Positions 35,969 to 44,721 of a stretch of DNA of 57,124 bases are shown in pieces. The translations under genes and the position numbers were made by a program. Under the pieces are notes generated by a model, which saw nothing but the letters and a program-made list of their open reading frames with translations, was not told where the DNA came from and did no database searches. Origin of the DNA: Anaerolineae bacterium (GTDB lineage: Bacteria; Chloroflexota; Anaerolineae; Epilineales; JAHCIE01); the NCBI GenBank assembly GCA_026129165.1, contig JAHCIP010000004.1, positions 1 through 57,124 of the forward strand, given 5' to 3'. How positions within the stretch are numbered: the first letter of the stretch is position 1; every line of letters starts with the position of its first letter.

Positions 35969-38900
35969 ATGCAGCAAACCTTACCCCGTGCGCGGCGCGG
36001 GACGCCGCCCCTGACGCCCACTAGCCTGGACACCCCCGTCCAGAGCCTGGTGCGTCTCAACTGGGAGACGGCGCTCTGGATTACCTTTTCCATTATCGCC
36101 GTTGTGACCCGCCTGTGGAACCTGGGCCAGCGGGCCATGAGCCACGATGAGAGTCTGCATACGCTGTATGCCTGGAACCTCTACGTCGGCAAGGGCTACG
36201 TGCACGACCCGATGATGCACGGGCCGTTCCGCTTCCATATTACCGCCCTGTCCTACTTCCTGTTCGGGGTCAGCGACTTTACCGCCCGGCTCCCCGCTGC
36301 GATTTTCGGCATCGCCACGGTCATTCTGGTCCCGCTGCTGCTGCGCCCCTATCTGGGCCGCATCGGCGCTCTGGTGACGTCCGGCATGTTGCTCATCTCG
36401 CCCGTCATTCTCTACCATAATCGCTACATCCGTGATGAGACCTTTGTGGGGCTGTATGTGCTGTTGATGATTGTCGGCCTCTTCCGCTGGCTGGACGACC
36501 GCCGCCCCCGCTGGCTCTACCTCGTCGTCGCCTCGATGGTCCTCATGTTTACGACCATGGAGTCGGCCTATATTCAGACGGCTATCCTTGGTACATTCGC
36601 CTTCCTGGCCCTGGTCTGGTCGCTCCTGCGTACCGACGAAGGCGAAGGCGATAGCCTGCTGACTCGCGCCCGCGCCCACCCCTTGATGGGGTGGGTGGTG
36701 GCGATGGGTACGCTTGTGCTCCCACTAGCGACGGCCTTTATTGTCAAGGGGCTGGGCGGCACCCCGCTCGACTACAGTCAGGCGGGCCTTACACGCTCGT
36801 TTGGCATCTTCGGCCTCCTGTTCGTCATCGGCGCGGTGATCGGGCTGTGGTGGGACCGACGGCGCTGGCCCGTCATGGCGGCCATCTTCTACGCCATCAG
36901 CGTCCTGCTGTACACTACCTTCTTCACTAATCGCAACGGCCTGGCAACCGGCTACCTCGGCTCGCTCGGCTACTGGCTGGAGCAACAAGGCGTCGAGCGC
37001 GGAAGCCAGCCCATCTACTACTACGCCTTTCTGTCCCCCATCTACGAGTTCTTGCCGCTGTGGTTTGGCCTGGCCGCGTTCATCTATTACCTGTTCCGTC
37101 CGGAGGTGCGCACCTTGCGTGGCGGCTCCTTCCTGTCGCGCACGCTGTTTGTGCCACTCCTGATGTGGTGGTCATTCCTCTCGTTTATCGGCTTCAGCGT
37201 CGCCGGCGAGCGCATGCCCTGGCTGCTCTACTACATTGCCCTGCCCCTATGCTTCCTGGCCGGCCGCTTCGTAGGCGACTTCTTCGAGCGCGTCAACTGG
37301 GCCGAGGTTCGGAGGACGGGCGGACTGACCTTTGCCCTGCTCCTTGTGCCGAGCCTCATCGTCCTCGTTGTCTGGTTGTTCTTCCGTCCCTTCAACGGGA
37401 TGGGGCTGGCTGATCTGCGCGAAACGACACTGTGGATCGGGGCGCTGATCGTCTTTGCCGCCCTGGTATGGGGACTGTACCAGGTGGGCCGGGGCATGAG
37501 CCGCGCTTCCATCGGCGCGACCCTCTTTGCGACCGCTTTCGCCATCTTCGTCGTGCTGACTATCCGTACCTCGTGGTACGCTAACTACATCAACGACCAG
37601 TTGGCGGTGGAGTTCATTGTCTACGCGCACGCCACGCCGGATGTCAAGCTGGTCGCCAACGAGTTGGATGACCTGGCGAACCACCTGGGCGGACCGTCGC
37701 AGTTGAAGATCGTCTACGACAACCTGGTCCCCTGGCCCTTTGAGTGGTACCTGCGTGACTACACTCAGAAGCAGTACGTGGGCGAGAACCCGCCTGGCCC
37801 CATTGACGCGCCGGTCGTCCTCATCGGCGGCGGCAACGACGCCAAGTTCAAGCCCTATCTGCGTGATTACACGCGCCGCGAGTACAACATGGTCTGGTGG
37901 CCGATGGAGGAGTACAAGAACCAGACCCTTGCCTCAGTCGTGGCCCTGCTCCAGAACCCGGCTGAACGGCAGAAGTGGTTCGACATCCTCGTCTGGCGCA
38001 AGTACCCCAAGCCGCTGAGCGATTGGTATCACCACAACACCTTCGTTCTCTATGTCAAGAAGGATGTAGTCAACCGCATCTGGGCCATGGGCGCGGCTGA
38101 CCCCAGCCTGATCACGGCCAACACCGAAGCGGCGCAGAACCCCTACGATAAGGTTCGTAAGGATGTGACGGCGCAAATCACCTACGGCGGCGCGGGCCAG
38201 CTTGCCAATCCGAAGGACGTGGCCCTGGACGACAAGGGCAACATCTATGTGGTGGATGGTAACAACAACCGCATCGTCAAGTACGGGTCGCAGGGCGGGG
38301 CGCCGCTCAAGGTATGGGGCAGCCCCGGCAATGGGCAGGGCCAGTTCCGCGACGGCCCGTGGGGTATCGCCGTCGATAGTAAGCGCAGCTTCGTCTATGT
38401 AGCGGATACCTGGAACGGTCGGGTCCAGAAGTTTGACCTGGATGGAAACTTTATCACGGCCTGGGGCAACTTCGACCAGGCGGCGACGCTCAACGACAAG
38501 CCGACCGCCATGTACGGCCCGCGTGACATTGCTGTGGACGCCGATGGCAACCTGTTCGTCACCGACACGGGCAACAAGCGCATCCTGAAATTCGACCCGG
38601 ACGGCAAACCTCTGGGGCAGTACGGCGGCGGCGGCTTCGAGCCGGGCAAGTTTCAGGAGCCGGTGGGCATCGCCATCAGCCCGACGGATGGCAGTATCTA
38701 TGTAGCCGACACGTGGAACCGCCGCGTGCAGAAGTTCGACAAGAACATGGCTCCCCAGGTCCAGTGGCAGGTGGAAGCGTGGGACGGCCAGTCGGTGGTG
38801 AACAAGCCCTATATCACCGTCGATAGCAAGAACCGCGTCTACTTCACCGACCCGGAGCAGTACCGCGTCATCGTCCTGGACGACAAGGGCCAGCCGGTGG

Positions 38901-39034
38901 CGAACATGGGCCAGCCGGGCAAGGACGCCAAGGGCATCGAGTTGCCGGTGGGCATTGTAGTCGCCCCCGACGGCAAGGTGTACGTGGCCGACAGCAACAA
39001 CAACCGCATCGTCCAGTGGCCGCCCTTGCCGTAG
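35969..39034 (+). CDS. TIGR03663/Agl23-like GT-C membrane protein fused to a C-terminal NHL-repeat beta-propeller
   Basis: TRLWNLG.RAMSHDES.H, Y.HDPMMHGPF, RYIRDE, YWL.QQ...RG.QP.YYY, YAH.T, WPF.WYLR, then repeats of P.GIAVD..G..YVADTWN.RVQKFD. Confidence 0.88.
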   Translation: MQQTLPRARRGTPPLTPTSLDTPVQSLVRLNWETALWITFSIIAVVTRLWNLGQRAMSHDESLHTLYAWNLYVGKGYVHDPMMHGPFRFHITALSYFLFGVSDFTARLPAAIFGIATVILVPLLLRPYLGRIGALVTSGMLLISPVILYHNRYIRDETFVGLYVLLMIVGLFRWLDDRRPRWLYLVVASMVLMFTTMESAYIQTAILGTFAFLALVWSLLRTDEGEGDSLLTRARAHPLMGWVVAMGTLVLPLATAFIVKGLGGTPLDYSQAGLTRSFGIFGLLFVIGAVIGLWWDRRRWPVMAAIFYAISVLLYTTFFTNRNGLATGYLGSLGYWLEQQGVERGSQPIYYYAFLSPIYEFLPLWFGLAAFIYYLFRPEVRTLRGGSFLSRTLFVPLLMWWSFLSFIGFSVAGERMPWLLYYIALPLCFLAGRFVGDFFERVNWAEVRRTGGLTFALLLVPSLIVLVVWLFFRPFNGMGLADLRETTLWIGALIVFAALVWGLYQVGRGMSRASIGATLFATAFAIFVVLTIRTSWYANYINDQLAVEFIVYAHATPDVKLVANELDDLANHLGGPSQLKIVYDNLVPWPFEWYLRDYTQKQYVGENPPGPIDAPVVLIGGGNDAKFKPYLRDYTRREYNMVWWPMEEYKNQTLASVVALLQNPAERQKWFDILVWRKYPKPLSDWYHHNTFVLYVKKDVVNRIWAMGAADPSLITANTEAAQNPYDKVRKDVTAQITYGGAGQLANPKDVALDDKGNIYVVDGNNNRIVKYGSQGGAPLKVWGSPGNGQGQFRDGPWGIAVDSKRSFVYVADTWNGRVQKFDLDGNFITAWGNFDQAATLNDKPTAMYGPRDIAVDADGNLFVTDTGNKRILKFDPDGKPLGQYGGGGFEPGKFQEPVGIAISPTDGSIYVADTWNRRVQKFDKNMAPQVQWQVEAWDGQSVVNKPYITVDSKNRVYFTDPEQYRVIVLDDKGQPVANMGQPGKDAKGIELPVGIVVAPDGKVYVADSNNNRIVQWPPLP

Positions 39035-39058
39035 CCACGCCTCTTATTCAGGTGCGCA

Positions 39059-39089
39059 ACACCCCGACCTGGGCTTCAGGTCGGGGTGT
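39059..39089 (+). terminator. Hairpin ending the glycosylation cluster
   Basis: ACACCCCGACCTG-GGCTT-CAGGTCGGGGTGT, a 13-bp perfect stem. Confidence 0.65.
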
Positions 39090-39112
39090 CCCTGTCTACG
39101 TCTCACTTTAGC

Positions 39113-39140
39113 GAGATGCTTCGCTTCGCTCAGCATGACA
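39113..39140. repeat. Solo arm of a TGTCATGCTGAGCG-type intergenic repeat
   Basis: GAGATGCTTCGCTTCGCTCAGCATGACA, which folds ATGCT...AGCAT. It resembles a repeat family recalled from other bacterial genomes; single copy here. Confidence 0.45.
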
Positions 39141-39222
39141 GCATGCACTACTGCCAAGACGAATGGCGTTCACCGCTGATCATCACTTCGCTACTTTCGG
39201 CTTTACTCGTATTCCTACTTGA

Positions 39223-39271
39223 GCTAGAGTAGCTATCCACTCTAGCCTGTTCCCCCTACTCATGCTATAAT
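39223..39271 (+). promoter_or_regulatory. sucC promoter (extended -10) with upstream inverted repeat
   Basis: TGCTATAAT at 39263-71; GCTAGAGT-N8-ACTCTAGC at 39223-39246. Confidence 0.55.
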
Positions 39272-39336
39272 CAAAGTGATTGAACAGCCGCCCGCGCCTG
39301 GTGGTGGGGGCGGTGATGTTATGGTGCAGTGAGTCC

Positions 39337-39363
39337 GTAGGGCGACCAGTGGGGTGGCCCTAC
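39337..39363. repeat. GTAG...CTAC palindrome directly before the sucC RBS
   Basis: GTAGGGCGACC-AGTGG-GGTGGCCCTAC followed immediately by GTAGGAGG. Confidence 0.6.
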
Positions 39364-39376
39364 GTAGGAGGCTGTC

Positions 39377-40525
39377 TTGAACATTCACGAGTACCAGGCG
39401 AAAGAGATTTTTGCCAAATATGGCCTGCCTATCCCCATGGGCGAGGTGGCGACAACGCCCGACCGAGCCTACTCCGCCGCGCGGCGCATCGGTGGGCCAG
39501 TCGTCGTCAAGGCCCAGGTGTTGGTCGGCGGGCGCGGCAAGGCCGGTGGCGTCAAGCTCGCCAAGACGCCCGAGGAGGCGCGCGAGAAGGCCAATGCCAT
39601 CCTGGGCATGACCATTAAGGGTATCACAGTCAAGAAAGTACTTGTCGCGCCGGCAGTGGATATTGCCCGCGAGATTTACCTGGGCATGGTCATTGACCGC
39701 GCTAAGAAGGCGGTCGTTATGATGGCCTCGGCGGCCGGTGGGGTGGATATTGAAGAGGTCGCGCGCGAGACGCCTGAAAAAATTGTGCGCACCACCGTTG
39801 ATCCGACCATCGGACTGCGCGATTACCAGGCGCGTGACGTAGCCTATGGCCTGGGGCTGGCGGGTAACCAGGTCAAGGAATTTGTCCAGATCGCCAAGGG
39901 CCTCTACCAGGCGTTTATGGACAACGACGCTTCGCTGGCCGAAGTCAACCCGCTGGTGGTTGCCCCAGATGGCAAGCTGCTGGCGATTGACGCCAAGATG
40001 AACCTGGACGACAGCGGGCTGTTCCGCCATCCCGGCCTCGATGACCTGCGCGACGAGAACGAGGAGTCGGCCGACGAGCGCGACGCGCGGGCGGCGGGCC
40101 TCAATTACATTGACCTGGATGGCAACATCGGCTGCCTGGTGAACGGAGCGGGCCTGGCAATGGCAACCATGGACGCCGTCAAGCTGTTCGGTGGTGAGCC
40201 AGCTAACTTCCTCGATATTGGCGGTGGCGCGCGCGCCGACAAAGTCGCCACCGCGTTGCGCATTATCCTGCGCGACCCCTCGGTCAAAGCGGTGCTCGTC
40301 AATATCTTCGGCGGCATTACCCGCGTGGACGAGGTAGCACGCGGGGTCCAGATAGCCCTGGAGGAGACCGGGACCAAGGTGCCCTTTGTCTGCCGCCTCG
40401 TCGGTACCAACGAGGCGGAGGGGCGCAAGATGCTGGCTGGCGCGAATGTCGCCTGGGCCGCCACCCTGTCCGAAGCGGCGCAGCTCGCGGCGCGCGCGGT
40501 CCAGACCGGCCGTGCGGAAGGTTGA
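39377..40525 (+). CDS. sucC: Succinyl-CoA ligase beta subunit
   Basis: [64 protein letters not shown] start after AGGAGG. Confidence 0.97.
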   Translation: MNIHEYQAKEIFAKYGLPIPMGEVATTPDRAYSAARRIGGPVVVKAQVLVGGRGKAGGVKLAKTPEEAREKANAILGMTIKGITVKKVLVAPAVDIAREIYLGMVIDRAKKAVVMMASAAGGVDIEEVARETPEKIVRTTVDPTIGLRDYQARDVAYGLGLAGNQVKEFVQIAKGLYQAFMDNDASLAEVNPLVVAPDGKLLAIDAKMNLDDSGLFRHPGLDDLRDENEESADERDARAAGLNYIDLDGNIGCLVNGAGLAMATMDAVKLFGGEPANFLDIGGGARADKVATALRIILRDPSVKAVLVNIFGGITRVDEVARGVQIALEETGTKVPFVCRLVGTNEAEGRKMLAGANVAWAATLSEAAQLAARAVQTGRAEG

Positions 40526-40526
40526 C

Positions 40527-41867
40527 GTGAGCCAGCCACCCAACTGGGACGCGGTCCGCGACGAGGTGGTGGGCATCCTCCAGGACTTGCTGCGCCTGGA
40601 CACCACCAACCCGCCAGGCAATGAGAGTCTCGCCGCTGAGTACGTGGCCGCCAAGATGCGCGAGGTGGGCATCGAACCGGTGGTGCTGGAGTCTGAGCCA
40701 GGGCGTGGGAGTGTCGTTGGTCGCTGGCACGGGACAGGCGAGGCCGCGCCCCTGCTGCTGATGAGCCACACCGATGTCGTGCCCGCCGAGCCGGCCGCCT
40801 GGTCGCATGGACCGTTCAGCGGCGACCTGGCCGCCGGTTATGTGTGGGGCCGAGGCGCGCTGGACATGAAGTGTATCACGGCGGCGCATCTGGTTATCCT
40901 GCGCCTGCTGGCGCGGCAGGGCCTCCGCCTGCGCCGCGACGTGGTCCAGATGGCGGCGGCTGACGAGGAGGTGGGCGGCGTCAAGGGGGCGGGCTGGCTG
41001 GTGCGCCATCACCCCGACCTGATTCGGGCCGAGTACGCCCTCAACGAAGGCGGGGGCAACGAGTTCCCGTTTGGCCCGACGCGGTTCTACTCTGTCCAGA
41101 CCGCTGAGAAGGGACTGGCGCGGTTCCGTATGCGGGTGCGCGGCGAGCCAGGGCACGGCTCGGTGCCGCGCCTGGATAACGCCGTGGTCCGTCTGGCCGC
41201 GGCCGTCGCCCGCCTGGGCAGCACGCCCCTCCCTCTCCACCGCACCCGCACCGTCGAGGCCATGTTCGAGAGTATCGGGCAGGCCGTACCTGGTCTGGCG
41301 GAAGCCTCGTCGGGGCTGTGGGATGAAACGACCAGTTCGCTGACGTTGAGCAAGATACCCGTCCCTGACTCGTTCCGTCGCCTGTTGGCCGCCATGCTGC
41401 GCAACACAGCGACGCCGACCGTCCTGCAGGCCGGGACCAAGATCAACGTCATCCCGTCGCTGGCCGAGGCGCTGGTGGATGGCCGGACGCTGCCCGGTTT
41501 CGCGGCGCAAGACTTCCTGGCCGAGGTGCGGCCCGTTGTGGGCGACGACGTGGAACTGGAACTCCTGGACGACTCGCCGGCCCTGGAAGCCGATCTCGAC
41601 TCGCCACTGTACTCCGCTATTGTGGATGTGATGCAGGACGAGCTACCCGGCGCCCGCCCCTCACCGACGCTGATTACGGGCGCAACGGATGCCAAACACA
41701 TTGTCCACCTGGGGACACGTGTCTACGGCTTCGGGCCGCTGCGCTACGAGGCGGCAACCGAGGGCGAGGCGCTGGTCCACGGCCACAATGAGCGCATTTC
41801 TGTAGACAACCTGTTGTTTATGACCCGCGTTCTCTACAACGTGGTGACACGTTTCGGTTTGACATAA
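40527..41867 (+). CDS. M20/M25/M40 family metallo-hydrolase (ArgE/DapE-like fold)
   Basis: DTTNPPGNE, SHTDVVP, WGRGALDMK, ADEE, AEKG, GHGS, GATD, HGHNERI. GTG start separated from the sucC stop by 1 bp. Confidence 0.9.
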   Translation: MSQPPNWDAVRDEVVGILQDLLRLDTTNPPGNESLAAEYVAAKMREVGIEPVVLESEPGRGSVVGRWHGTGEAAPLLLMSHTDVVPAEPAAWSHGPFSGDLAAGYVWGRGALDMKCITAAHLVILRLLARQGLRLRRDVVQMAAADEEVGGVKGAGWLVRHHPDLIRAEYALNEGGGNEFPFGPTRFYSVQTAEKGLARFRMRVRGEPGHGSVPRLDNAVVRLAAAVARLGSTPLPLHRTRTVEAMFESIGQAVPGLAEASSGLWDETTSSLTLSKIPVPDSFRRLLAAMLRNTATPTVLQAGTKINVIPSLAEALVDGRTLPGFAAQDFLAEVRPVVGDDVELELLDDSPALEADLDSPLYSAIVDVMQDELPGARPSPTLITGATDAKHIVHLGTRVYGFGPLRYEAATEGEALVHGHNERISVDNLLFMTRVLYNVVTRFGLT

Positions 41868-41885
41868 ATTAACGGAGCATCTCCG

Positions 41886-42761
41886 ATGAGCATCCTCATC
41901 AATCAGGCTACGAAAGTTGTCGTGCAGGGCATCACCGGGCGCGAGGGCCAGTTCCACACCAGCCAGATGTTGGCCTATGGGACACAGGTCGTGGCTGGCA
42001 TGACGCCTGGCAAGGGCGGGCAAATGGTGTTGGACGTACCGGTGTACAACTCGGTTGCAGAGGCGGTCAAAGAGCAGGGGGCGGATACCTCGCTCATCTT
42101 TGTGCCGGCTGCTGGCGCGGCCGACGCCATGCTGGAAGCCGCCGACGCTGGCATCCAGTTTGTCGTCTGCATCAGCGAGAACGTCCCGACCCTGGACATG
42201 ATCGAGGTGACCCACTACTTCGACCGTAAGGGAGTACGGCTGCTCGGCCCCAACTGCCCCGGCCTCATTTCGGCGGGCCAGTGTAAGGTTGGCATCATCC
42301 CCAACCACGTCGCTACGCCAGGGCCGGTCGGCATCGTGTCGCGCTCAGGCACGCTCACGTATGAAGTCATGTTCGCCCTGTCGCAGCGGGGGCTGGGCCA
42401 GTCCACCGCCGTCGGTATCGGCGGTGACCCGGTCAAGGGGACCAACTTCATTGATGTCCTCAAGCTGTTTAATGAAGACCCTGCCACTGAGTACATCGTG
42501 ATGATTGGCGAGATCGGCGGCACCGACGAAGAACGCGCCGCCGAGTATATCGCCGCCAACGTCAAGAAGCCGACCGTCGGGTTCATCGCCGGGCAGACCG
42601 CCCCGCCGGGCCGCCGCATGGGCCACGCTGGCGCGATTATCTCGGGGGGCGAGGGCCGCGCCGAGGACAAGATCGCCGCGTTTAAGAAGGCGGGCATCGC
42701 CGTCGCCCGTCACCCCGATGAAGTGGCCGACTTGGTGATGAAGGCGGCGGGCCGAAGTTAA
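41886..42761 (+). CDS. sucD: Succinyl-CoA ligase alpha subunit
   Basis: [46 protein letters not shown]. Confidence 0.97.
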   Translation: MSILINQATKVVVQGITGREGQFHTSQMLAYGTQVVAGMTPGKGGQMVLDVPVYNSVAEAVKEQGADTSLIFVPAAGAADAMLEAADAGIQFVVCISENVPTLDMIEVTHYFDRKGVRLLGPNCPGLISAGQCKVGIIPNHVATPGPVGIVSRSGTLTYEVMFALSQRGLGQSTAVGIGGDPVKGTNFIDVLKLFNEDPATEYIVMIGEIGGTDEERAAEYIAANVKKPTVGFIAGQTAPPGRRMGHAGAIISGGEGRAEDKIAAFKKAGIAVARHPDEVADLVMKAAGRS

Positions 42762-42787
42762 CTCGAAGTCATTGTGCGGAATAGGCA

Positions 42788-42821
42788 AGTCCCTAAAGGC
42801 TTTTAGAAACCTTTAGGGACT
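42788..42821. repeat. CCCTAAAGG...CCTTTAGGG palindrome (REP/terminator)
   Basis: AGTCCCTAAAGG-N10-CCTTTAGGGACT; same core as 55601-55637. Confidence 0.7.
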
Positions 42822-42837
42822 GCAAAGAAGCAGATTC

Positions 42838-44289
42838 ATGCCTACCTTAGCCCATCGTCTCGTTCGGTTCTTCCGTCACGCGCCGCACACTTATGTGGTG
42901 GGGGGTGCCGTGCGTGACCGTCTTCTGGGCCGCGACGTGCATGATTTTGACCTCCTCGTCCAGACCGACGGGCTGGCCGTCGCGCGTCACCTGGCCGATG
43001 CACTGGAGGGTGCCTACGTCCCGCTGGACGCGGACATGGCGACCGCGCGTGTCGTCCTGGGCCGCGAGCAGGTGGATATCGCCCAGCAGCGCGGTATGCA
43101 TCTGGAAGACGATCTTTGGTTGCGCGACTTCTCAGTCAACGCGATGGCGATTCCCCTGAGCGCGTGGTTGGATAAAACACCGACAGTCATGGACCCGGTA
43201 GGGGGGCAGGCCGACCTGGCGACGCGACTGGTGCGGGCAGTCAGCGAAGAGGCATTTCGGTATGACCCGGGTCGCCTGCTGCGTGCGCCGCGCCTGGCCG
43301 CCCAGCTAGGGGGAACGATTGAACCCCAGACGGAGCAGTGGCTGCGCCGGGATGCCCACCGGCTGCCCGAAGTATCCGGCGAGCGCCAGCGCGACGAGTT
43401 CTGGCGCTGCCTCCTTCTGCCGGGCGCTGAGACTGTCATGCGCCGCCTGGACCAGTTGGGCTTGCTGGGTCTGCTGCTGCCGGAAGTCACGGCCATGCAG
43501 GGCGTTACCCAGCGGCCGCCACACACCCTGGACGTCTACGATCACAGCCTGGGTGTTCTGACGGCTCTGGAAGGGCTACTGGTCGCGTTGGGCGTTCAGC
43601 CTGGCGAGGCCGACCCGATGGATGCAGCAGCCCTCGCGCCCTACCGAGAGGCGTTGGCCTCCCATCTGCTGGAGGAGCCGGTGCGCGGCCGGCCGCGCTG
43701 GTCGCTGCTCAAGTTCGCGGCGCTGGTGCATGACACGGGCAAACCGGCGACACGCACGGTGAAGCGGGGCATCGCCCACTTCTACGGCCATGAGGGCGTG
43801 GGGGCGGATATGGCGGCGCCCGTTGGCGAACGGCTCAAGTTAAGCGGCCGCGAGATCGCCTGGCTCAAGCTGGTTATCCGCCACCACCTGCGCCCGCTGC
43901 AACTGTCGCAACTTGACCCACCCAGCCCGCGTGCCCAGTACCGCTTCTTCCGCGACCTGGGCGACGCCGCGCCCGACCTGCTGCTCCTGTCCATCGCTGA
44001 CAACCGCGCCAAGGGCGATCCAGACGACGAATCGGCCGCGCCGGATGCTATCCTGGCGTTGACGGTCGAGATGCTGGGACTCTACTACCAGCCGCAGACT
44101 GCGCTGGTCGTCGCGCCGCCCGCCCTGGTCAACGGCTACGACTTGATGCGCGAGCTAGAGTTGGGGCCAGGTCCGTACGTGGGCGAACTGCTGGAGAGCA
44201 TCCGTGAGGCCGCCGCAGCGGGCGAGGTGACGACCCGCGAAGAAGCCGTGGCTCTGGCGCGGCGGACGCTGGCGGAAGCGCGGGGTTAA
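42838..44289 (+). CDS. Class II tRNA nucleotidyltransferase with HD domain, probably CC-adding
   Basis: YVVGGAVRD.LLG....DFD, LEDDL.LRDFSVNAMA, DP.RLLRA, SGER..DE, H..DV..H, LVHDTGK, FYGHE. Confidence 0.88.
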   Translation: MPTLAHRLVRFFRHAPHTYVVGGAVRDRLLGRDVHDFDLLVQTDGLAVARHLADALEGAYVPLDADMATARVVLGREQVDIAQQRGMHLEDDLWLRDFSVNAMAIPLSAWLDKTPTVMDPVGGQADLATRLVRAVSEEAFRYDPGRLLRAPRLAAQLGGTIEPQTEQWLRRDAHRLPEVSGERQRDEFWRCLLLPGAETVMRRLDQLGLLGLLLPEVTAMQGVTQRPPHTLDVYDHSLGVLTALEGLLVALGVQPGEADPMDAAALAPYREALASHLLEEPVRGRPRWSLLKFAALVHDTGKPATRTVKRGIAHFYGHEGVGADMAAPVGERLKLSGREIAWLKLVIRHHLRPLQLSQLDPPSPRAQYRFFRDLGDAAPDLLLLSIADNRAKGDPDDESAAPDAILALTVEMLGLYYQPQTALVVAPPALVNGYDLMRELELGPGPYVGELLESIREAAAAGEVTTREEAVALARRTLAEARG

Positions 44290-44297
44290 CTCGGACC

Positions 44298-44660
44298 ATG
44301 TCCACCCGCCGCCGCCCGCCCTATCGCGCACGCACCTCGTATATCCTGGTAGCCGTCGCGCTCGGCGTTGGTTTGTTCGCCCTGCTGGCGCTTCTGACCC
44401 CACTGACGCCCTATCTGGCCTGGCTCGCCGCCTGGGGTGTCGTAGCCTTTGGCTTCTTCGGCTATGACAAGGCTCAGGCGCAGCAGCAGGGCTGGCGGGT
44501 GCCTGAGATGGTCTTGCACGGCCTGTCGCTGGTCGGCGGCTTCGCCGGCGCGCTGGCCGGGATGTTGGTCTTCAGGCACAAGACACGGCATAGCATATTC
44601 TGGCTGGTCGTCGCCCTCAGCGCAGTGCTCCACCTGGCCCTTCGGCCTTACCTGGGTTAA
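44298..44660 (+). CDS. DUF1294 membrane protein
   Basis: GYDK..A....WRVPE..L..L.L.GG..GA..GM..FRHKT. Confidence 0.88.
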   Translation: MSTRRRPPYRARTSYILVAVALGVGLFALLALLTPLTPYLAWLAAWGVVAFGFFGYDKAQAQQQGWRVPEMVLHGLSLVGGFAGALAGMLVFRHKTRHSIFWLVVALSAVLHLALRPYLG

Positions 44661-44721
44661 TTCACATACGAATTCCCCTCACTGGCTTGACCTGTCCTTG
44701 GATGAGACGTTAGGGTAGGAG

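Noticed and set aside
39035-39376. tRNA or known riboswitch in the larger intergenic gaps
   Set aside because: No cloverleaf/T-loop or recognisable aptamer consensus was seen by eye; a tRNAscan/Rfam run would be needed to exclude them fully.
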